From: an uncultured Chloroflexia bacterium
GTDB lineage: Bacteria; Chloroflexota; Limnocylindria; Limnocylindrales; CSP1-4
Assembly: GCA_963748625.1 (NCBI GenBank)
Contig: CAVVJT010000004.1
Coordinates: 704,001 to 768,000, forward strand
DNA: 64,000 nt
Direction of reading: 5' to 3'
Shown here: piece after piece, positions 59,117-64,000 of the stretch
How positions within the stretch are numbered: position 1 is the stretch's first letter
Layout: each line of letters opens with the position of its first letter
Made by a program: the position numbers and the translations under genes
Notes under the pieces: generated by a model
Told to the model about the DNA's origin: nothing
Databases searched by the model: none
The model's input: the letters and a program-made list of their open reading frames with translations, nothing else

Positions 59117-59985
59117 CGCTCCCCTCCTCCGCCCGACCGTTCGACGCGCGGGTCCTCGCCAGCGCCGACGCGTGGGAGGCGGGCGCCGTGGCGGTGGCGG
59201 TTGTCGATGTCGACGGCCTGGTGGCCGTGCGTGGCACACAGGATCGCGTGCTGCCCTGGGCATCGGTGACGAAGCTCTTGACCGCCTATGCCGTGCTGGC
59301 CGGTGTGCGCCGGGGCGTGGTCTCGCTCGACGACGCAGCTGGACCGGAGGGCTCCACGCTGCGCCACCTGCTGGCCCACGCCTCGGGCTGCGCGTTCGAC
59401 ACCGCTGTGCCGATCTCGCCACCGGGCCGGACGCGCATCTATTCCAATGCCGGGTTCGACACGGCCGCAGCGCACCTCGCGCGCGCCGCCGGCCGGCCGT
59501 TCGCGGCGCTGCTGCGCTCGTGGGTGCTCGATCCACTCGAGATGCACGGGACCAGGCTTGTCGGGACGCCGGCTGCGGGACTCGAGGGCCCGGTGGCCGA
59601 CCTCGCGGCGTTCGCCCGCGAGCTGCTCCGGCCGCGCCTGCTGCCGGTGGCCGACCTCGCGGCCGCGACGGACGTCGTCTTCCCCGGGCTGCGCGGCGTG
59701 CTGCCCGGCGTCGGACGGATGGATTCGAACGACTGGGGACTGGGCTTCGAGATCCGGGGCGTGAAGGCGCCGCATTGGACCGGGAGCCGGAACTCGCCGC
59801 GGACCTTCGGGCACTTCGGGCGGAGCGGGACGTTTCTCTGGGTGGACCCTGAGGCCGGCCTTGCACTGGCCTGCCTCACGGAGCGGGAGTTCGGGCCCTG
59901 GGCGCTCGACGCCTGGCCGCCCTTCTCCGATGCGGTCCTGGCCGCGGCCGACCCTACCAGCCCCCGGAGCCTGGCTCACCCTTGA
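59113..59985 (+). CDS. Serine hydrolase (beta-lactamase fold)
   Basis: WASVTK, LLAHASG, YSN, FGHFG. Confidence 0.88.
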   Translation: MTLPSSARPFDARVLASADAWEAGAVAVAVVDVDGLVAVRGTQDRVLPWASVTKLLTAYAVLAGVRRGVVSLDDAAGPEGSTLRHLLAHASGCAFDTAVPISPPGRTRIYSNAGFDTAAAHLARAAGRPFAALLRSWVLDPLEMHGTRLVGTPAAGLEGPVADLAAFARELLRPRLLPVADLAAATDVVFPGLRGVLPGVGRMDSNDWGLGFEIRGVKAPHWTGSRNSPRTFGHFGRSGTFLWVDPEAGLALACLTEREFGPWALDAWPPFSDAVLAAADPTSPRSLAHP

Positions 59986-60442
59986 TGGGCCCGGTGATCC
60001 GGGACGTGACCCAGCCACCGTAGAAGCCGCCCGCCTGCGGTGTCGCGAGCTCGTCCCCCACCCACGCCTCGTCCACCTTCGACGCGTAGAACGCAATGTG
60101 GCCCCGGATCGCTGCGAAGCCCGCCATTGGGGCCTCATAGGACCACGCGATGTCATCCACGCTTCGCCGGGGAGTCACCAGCGACCAGTACGCCGCCCGG
60201 CCCTTCCACTCACAGTGGCTGGAACGGGAGGACGGGCGCAGCACGTCCAGCCGGACATCCTCGGGTGGCAGGTAGTAGACCGGCGCACCTGCTGTCTCGA
60301 TGACGCGCAGGGCACGGACCGACTCGGCGATGGCTTCACCGTCAACGACCACGCGGATGCGCTCGACGACGGGCTCGACACGCGGCGGGCGCGGATAGTC
60401 CCACACGGATTCCTGGCCGGGACCCGGGATCACCGGGGCCAC
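59954..60442 (-). CDS. DUF427 family protein
   Basis: GQESVWDYPRPP, ETAGAPVYY, CEWKG, FYGGW. Confidence 0.88.
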   Translation of the reverse strand: MAPVIPGPGQESVWDYPRPPRVEPVVERIRVVVDGEAIAESVRALRVIETAGAPVYYLPPEDVRLDVLRPSSRSSHCEWKGRAAYWSLVTPRRSVDDIAWSYEAPMAGFAAIRGHIAFYASKVDEAWVGDELATPQAGGFYGGWVTSRITGPIKGEPGSGGW

Positions 60443-60611
60443 ACCACGCGGGATGGTCGAGGCAAAGCGGTGGGCAGTGGGTCGATCGCGCACACCGCCT
60501 CTACGCGCGCACGGTCCTCGCGGATTGGGGCACCCGCAGGGTGGGCGTCTCAATGGCGTCCGCGCCCGACGGTTGGCCCGGCCAGCGCGCACCGCCGGCG
60601 CTGCGGCCGCG

Positions 60612-60647
60612 GGGTCAGTCCTCCGGCGCGGGTCAGTCCTGCGGCGC
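60612..60647 (-). repeat. 18-bp tandem duplication spanning the Fur-family stop codon
   Basis: gggtcagtcctccggcgc / gggtcagtcctgcggcgc. Confidence 0.85.
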
Positions 60648-61112
60648 GCAGGCGGCGCACCGGCCGGCAATCGAGAGGTGCGAGAGCTCCACCCTGAACC
60701 CACGTGAGGCCTGGAGCGACGCGACGAGCGCCGCGGCCTCCTCAGCCCCGATCTCCCACGTGCCGCGGCACCCGGCGCAGTACAGGTGCCCGTGATCGGC
60801 GGCGGGCATGACGTGGAACTCCTCCCGGCCGTCCATGCCGTGGGCGTGGCGGAGGACGCCGATCTCCTCGAGCACGTCGAGGGTGCGGTACACGGTGGAC
60901 GGGATCGTGGTCGGGTCCACCTCGCGGCAGCGCTCCACGAGCTCCGCTCCCGTGACGTGCCCATCGGTCCGGGCCAGGACGTCGATCAGCACGCGGCGCT
61001 GGGGCGTCCAGCGCAGGCCGCGCGCGCGAAGCTCCGCGGGCACGTCGGACCACGAGGCGGGGGCGGCAGGCTGGGGCGATCCGGCAGGTCCGGGAGATCC
61101 GGTGGAGCTCAT
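60633..61112 (-). CDS. Fur family transcriptional regulator
   Basis: GLRWTPQR, STVYRTL, HGHLYCAGC...CAAC. Confidence 0.92.
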   Translation of the reverse strand: MSSTGSPGPAGSPQPAAPASWSDVPAELRARGLRWTPQRRVLIDVLARTDGHVTGAELVERCREVDPTTIPSTVYRTLDVLEEIGVLRHAHGMDGREEFHVMPAADHGHLYCAGCRGTWEIGAEEAAALVASLQASRGFRVELSHLSIAGRCAACAPQD

Positions 61113-61140
61113 CGCGCGAAGGATAGGGTGAGCCAGCATA

Positions 61141-61162
61141 CTATTGCAACTAATTGCAATAG
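61141..61162. promoter_or_regulatory. Fur-family operator between fur and cbiM
   Basis: ctattgcaactaattgcaatag, a near-perfect 22-bp AT-rich palindrome. Confidence 0.8.
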
Positions 61163-61226
61163 CAACCCTTTGCGACTACGATGTCCACACAGCGCATCGC
61201 CACCTGCAACCGGGGAACCCGTCCTC

Positions 61227-61961
61227 ATGGACCTCTTCACCATCGCCAGCGCCCCCCTCACAGGCATCGCCGATCCGTCGCTCCATGCAGCGGACCGGTT
61301 CCTCTCCGTCCCCGTCGCACTGCTCTTCTGGGCCATCACGATCGTGGTGGTCGGCATCTCGGTGCGCAAGGTCGGCCGGACCATGGATGAGCGGGCCATC
61401 CCCCTGATGGGCGTCATGGGCGCCTTCATCTTCGCCGCCCAGATGATCAACTTTCCCGTCGCCGGCGGCACCTCCGGGCACCTCCTGGGCGGCGTGCTCG
61501 CGGCTGTGCTGCTCGGGCCTTGGGCGGGCACGCTGGTGATGGCCTGCGTGATCGCGGTGCAGGGCCTCGTGTTCTCCGACGGTGGCCTGCTCGTGATGGG
61601 CGCCAACATCTTCAACATGGGCATCGTGGGCACCGTGGGCGGCTTCGCGATCTACCGGGCCCTGTGCGGCGTCCTCGGAGGCGAGGATCGCGGGCGCATT
61701 CCGGCATCGGCGGTCGCCGCTTGGCTGTCGGTGATGATCGCGGCCGCCTTCATCGCCGCAGAGCTCGCGGTCTCCGGCACAAGCCCGGCAGAGGTCGTGT
61801 TCCCGGCCATGCTCCTGGTCCACACGGCCATCGGCTTGGGCGAGGCCCTGATCACCGCCGCAACCCTCGCCTTCATCGGCAGGGTGCGCCCGGACCTGTT
61901 CAACCTGCGCCCCGATCGTGCCGGGCGTCCGTCCGGCACGACCGCCCCGGTGCCGGCATGA
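61227..61961 (+). CDS. cbiM: Ni/Co ECF transporter substrate-binding component CbiM/NikM
   Basis: AFIFAAQMINFP..GGTSGHLLGG, QGLVFSDGG, GANIFNM, HTAIGLGEALIT. Confidence 0.92.
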   Translation: MDLFTIASAPLTGIADPSLHAADRFLSVPVALLFWAITIVVVGISVRKVGRTMDERAIPLMGVMGAFIFAAQMINFPVAGGTSGHLLGGVLAAVLLGPWAGTLVMACVIAVQGLVFSDGGLLVMGANIFNMGIVGTVGGFAIYRALCGVLGGEDRGRIPASAVAAWLSVMIAAAFIAAELAVSGTSPAEVVFPAMLLVHTAIGLGEALITAATLAFIGRVRPDLFNLRPDRAGRPSGTTAPVPA

Positions 61962-62413
61962 GCGGGAACGAGGGCCAGGTGGCGACGGCGGCCGCGGAGC
62001 CCGCGGTGGACCAGCCCGATGCCGGCACGGCGGTGGCCGCGGCCACCGACACGACCACGCCGGCGCCCGCGACCACCGACACGATCACGCCAACGCCCAC
62101 TCCAACGACCACAGCAACGAAGCGCGCCGGCGGCCGCTGGTGGTGGGTCGGCGGGATCGCGATCGCGGTGCTCGTGGTCGTCCTCCTCGCGCCGCTCGCA
62201 TCGTCAGACCCTGACGGCCTCGAGCGTGTCGCAGAAGACCAGGGCTTCATCGGCCAGGCGACCAACCTGATCGGCGGCCTGCTGGGCGATTACGCGCTCC
62301 CGGGCGTCGGCAACGAGGCCGTCTCGACGGTCCTGTCGGGCCTGCTGGGCATCGCGATCGTGGTGGGGCTGCTGTTCCTCCTGGGGCGCCTCATGGCGCG
62401 CCGCCGCGCCTAG
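61958..62413 (+). CDS. PDGLE-domain (NikN/CbiN-like) component with Thr/Pro-rich N-terminus
   Basis: ASSDPDGLERVA; two TM helices. Confidence 0.88.
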   Translation: MSGNEGQVATAAAEPAVDQPDAGTAVAAATDTTTPAPATTDTITPTPTPTTTATKRAGGRWWWVGGIAIAVLVVVLLAPLASSDPDGLERVAEDQGFIGQATNLIGGLLGDYALPGVGNEAVSTVLSGLLGIAIVVGLLFLLGRLMARRRA

Positions 62414-62425
62414 GAGCGCCGGGCC

Positions 62426-63220
62426 CTGGAGCTTGACCGGTACGTCGAAGGCACGAGTCCCTTCCATCGGGCGGATGCGCGCGTCAAGTTCATCCTGACC
62501 CTGGTGGCCATCCTGGCCATCTCCCTGCTGCCGGATGCCTCCTGGGTCGCCCTGGCGATGGCCTGGCTCACCCTCGTCGCGTGCTCGGCCACGGCCGGCC
62601 TGGGCCCGTTCCGGCTCACCCGCGCCGGCGTCGTGGCGCTGCCATTCGCGATCGCCGCCCTGCCCCTTGTGTTCACCGTGCAGCAGGACATCGTGGCCAC
62701 CATCGACCTCGGCCCCCTGACACTGACCATCTCCGCGGAGGGTTTCCGTCGGTTCCTCTCGATCCTGATCGGCAGCTGGCTCTCGGTGCAAGTCGCGCTC
62801 CTGCTCGCCTTCACCACGCCGTTCCACGATCTCGTGGACGGCCTGCGGGAACTGCGCGTGCCGCGAATCCTGATCGCGATCATCTCGTTCATGTACCGGT
62901 ACCTCGCGGTGCTCTCCGACGAGGCCTCGCGCATGATGCGGGCCCGCGATGCGCGCTCCGCCATGCGCACGGGCTCCTCGGGTGGCACGCTCCGCTGGCG
63001 CGCCACCGTGGCCGGGCGCATGGTCGGCTCACTGTTCCTGCGCGCCTACGAGCGAAGCGAGCGCATCTACGCAGCGATGCAGGCGCGCGGCTTCGAGGGT
63101 GAGTTCCGCCACCTGCAGGCTCGCGCCCTCCGCCGCTCCGAGATCGCCTGGCTCTTCCTCCTCATCGCCCTCCTGGCCGCCTACGAGGTCATCGCGTTCA
63201 TGTGGCTTCCCCACCAGTGA
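62426..63220 (+). CDS. cbiQ: ECF transmembrane component CbiQ/NikQ (probable CTG start)
   Basis: LDRY..SPFHRADARVK, FMYRYL, ARDAR, LFLRAYERSERIYAAMQARGF; AGGAG before an in-frame CTG. Confidence 0.88.
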   Translation: MELDRYVEGTSPFHRADARVKFILTLVAILAISLLPDASWVALAMAWLTLVACSATAGLGPFRLTRAGVVALPFAIAALPLVFTVQQDIVATIDLGPLTLTISAEGFRRFLSILIGSWLSVQVALLLAFTTPFHDLVDGLRELRVPRILIAIISFMYRYLAVLSDEASRMMRARDARSAMRTGSSGGTLRWRATVAGRMVGSLFLRAYERSERIYAAMQARGFEGEFRHLQARALRRSEIAWLFLLIALLAAYEVIAFMWLPHQ

Positions 63221-64000
63221 GCACGCAGCTCGACCAGCCCCACGTCCACGAGCACGTCCACGACGAGCTTGGCGCTCACGCCCACCCGCACGCGCACGAC
63301 GAGCCCGCGGGTGCCGGGGGGAGCGCCGCCGACAACGCCCGCGGCACCGTCAGCCTGCGCCATGTCCACTACCGGTATCCGGACGGGTTCGAGGCGCTGC
63401 GGGGCGTTGACCTGCGGATCGAGGCGGGCGAGAAGGTCGCGCTGGTCGGGCCCAACGGCGCAGGCAAGAGCACCCTCATGCTCCAGCTCAACGGCACGCT
63501 CCGGCCGGAGTCGGGCGAGGTCCGGGTTGCCGGGGTGCTCGTCGAGAAGGCCTCGCTCAAGCGCGTGCGTGCGGAGGTGGGCCTGGTCTTTCAGGACCCG
63601 GACGACCAGCTCTTCAGCCCCACGGTCTTCGATGACGTGGCGTTCGGGCCGCTGCACATGGGCCTGTCCGGCGACGAGGTCCATCGCCGGGTGGAGGGCG
63701 CGCTGGCGGCCGTCGGGATGGCGGCCTTCGCACACCGGGTGCCCCACCGCATGTCGCTCGGGCAGCGCAAGCGCGTTGCCGTGGCCACCGTGCTCTCCAT
63801 GGACCCGTCGATTCTCGTGTTCGACGAGCCGTCGGCCGGCTTGGATCCGCGGGGCCGCCGCGAGTTGATCGGGCTGCTCCGGTCGCTCGACCAGACCATG
63901 CTGGTGTCGACGCATGACATGCGGCTGGTCGCTGAGGTCTTCCCGCGGACCGTGGTCGTCGATGACGGCCTCGTGGTGGCCGACGGGCCCACGGATGCCC
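63217..64000 (+). CDS. cbiO: ECF ATPase CbiO/NikO with His-rich N-terminus (3' truncated by window end)
   Basis: GPNGAGKST, FQDPDDQLF, SLGQRKRVA, FDEP, STHD; GTG overlaps the cbiQ stop. Confidence 0.9.
   Translation, partial: MSTQLDQPHVHEHVHDELGAHAHPHAHDEPAGAGGSAADNARGTVSLRHVHYRYPDGFEALRGVDLRIEAGEKVALVGPNGAGKSTLMLQLNGTLRPESGEVRVAGVLVEKASLKRVRAEVGLVFQDPDDQLFSPTVFDDVAFGPLHMGLSGDEVHRRVEGALAAVGMAAFAHRVPHRMSLGQRKRVAVATVLSMDPSILVFDEPSAGLDPRGRRELIGLLRSLDQTMLVSTHDMRLVAEVFPRTVVVDDGLVVADGPTDA

Noticed and set aside
1-64000. Prophage, IS element, defence system, tRNA or rRNA
   Set aside because: No integrase, transposase, phage structural, restriction/defence or structural-RNA signatures were recognised by eye.

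Overview
Very GC-rich bacterial chromosomal segment with about 65 densely packed protein-coding genes. Gene content and style suggest Chloroflexota (e.g. Limnocylindria-like) or an actinobacterium-like soil organism; this is inference. No rRNA, tRNA, CRISPR array, integrase or transposase was recognised. Main blocks: (1) two indel-riddled genes in the first ~850 bp; (2) sufB-sufD-Rieske ferredoxin behind an AT-rich Rrf2-type operator; (3) a PAPS-supply locus (cysQ-cysD-cysN, TauE, CysC carrying a degenerate ATP-sulfurylase domain) facing two sulfotransferase-fold paralogues, with no reductive cys genes; (4) MarR-RND and OsmC; (5) an ArsR-DsrE-TusA-DsrE-TusA-SQR persulfide/sulfide operon; (6) a ~13 kb hypoxia/fermentation island (4-subunit 2-oxoacid:ferredoxin oxidoreductase, CBS protein, orphan hydrogenase maturation protease, cDPGS-like/arginine-synthetase-like ATPase, acyl-CoA transferase, F420 nitroreductase, DosS/DosR-like two-component pair, Tat two-domain multicopper oxidase, USP) whose promoters repeatedly carry GGGAC-N4-GTCCC-like boxes; (7) an AOR-MoaD-ALDH-(kinase)-aminotransferase-CoA-transferase catabolic run; (8) fabI-crcB-DUF190; (9) a Fur-controlled CbiMNQO-type Ni/Co ECF transporter with unusual start features. 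The most promising candidates for under-described systems are the DosR-like amino-acid-fermentation regulon and the dedicated sulfation locus. Stop-codon-spanning tandem duplications recur at several gene ends. All calls come from reading motifs by eye; no searches were run.
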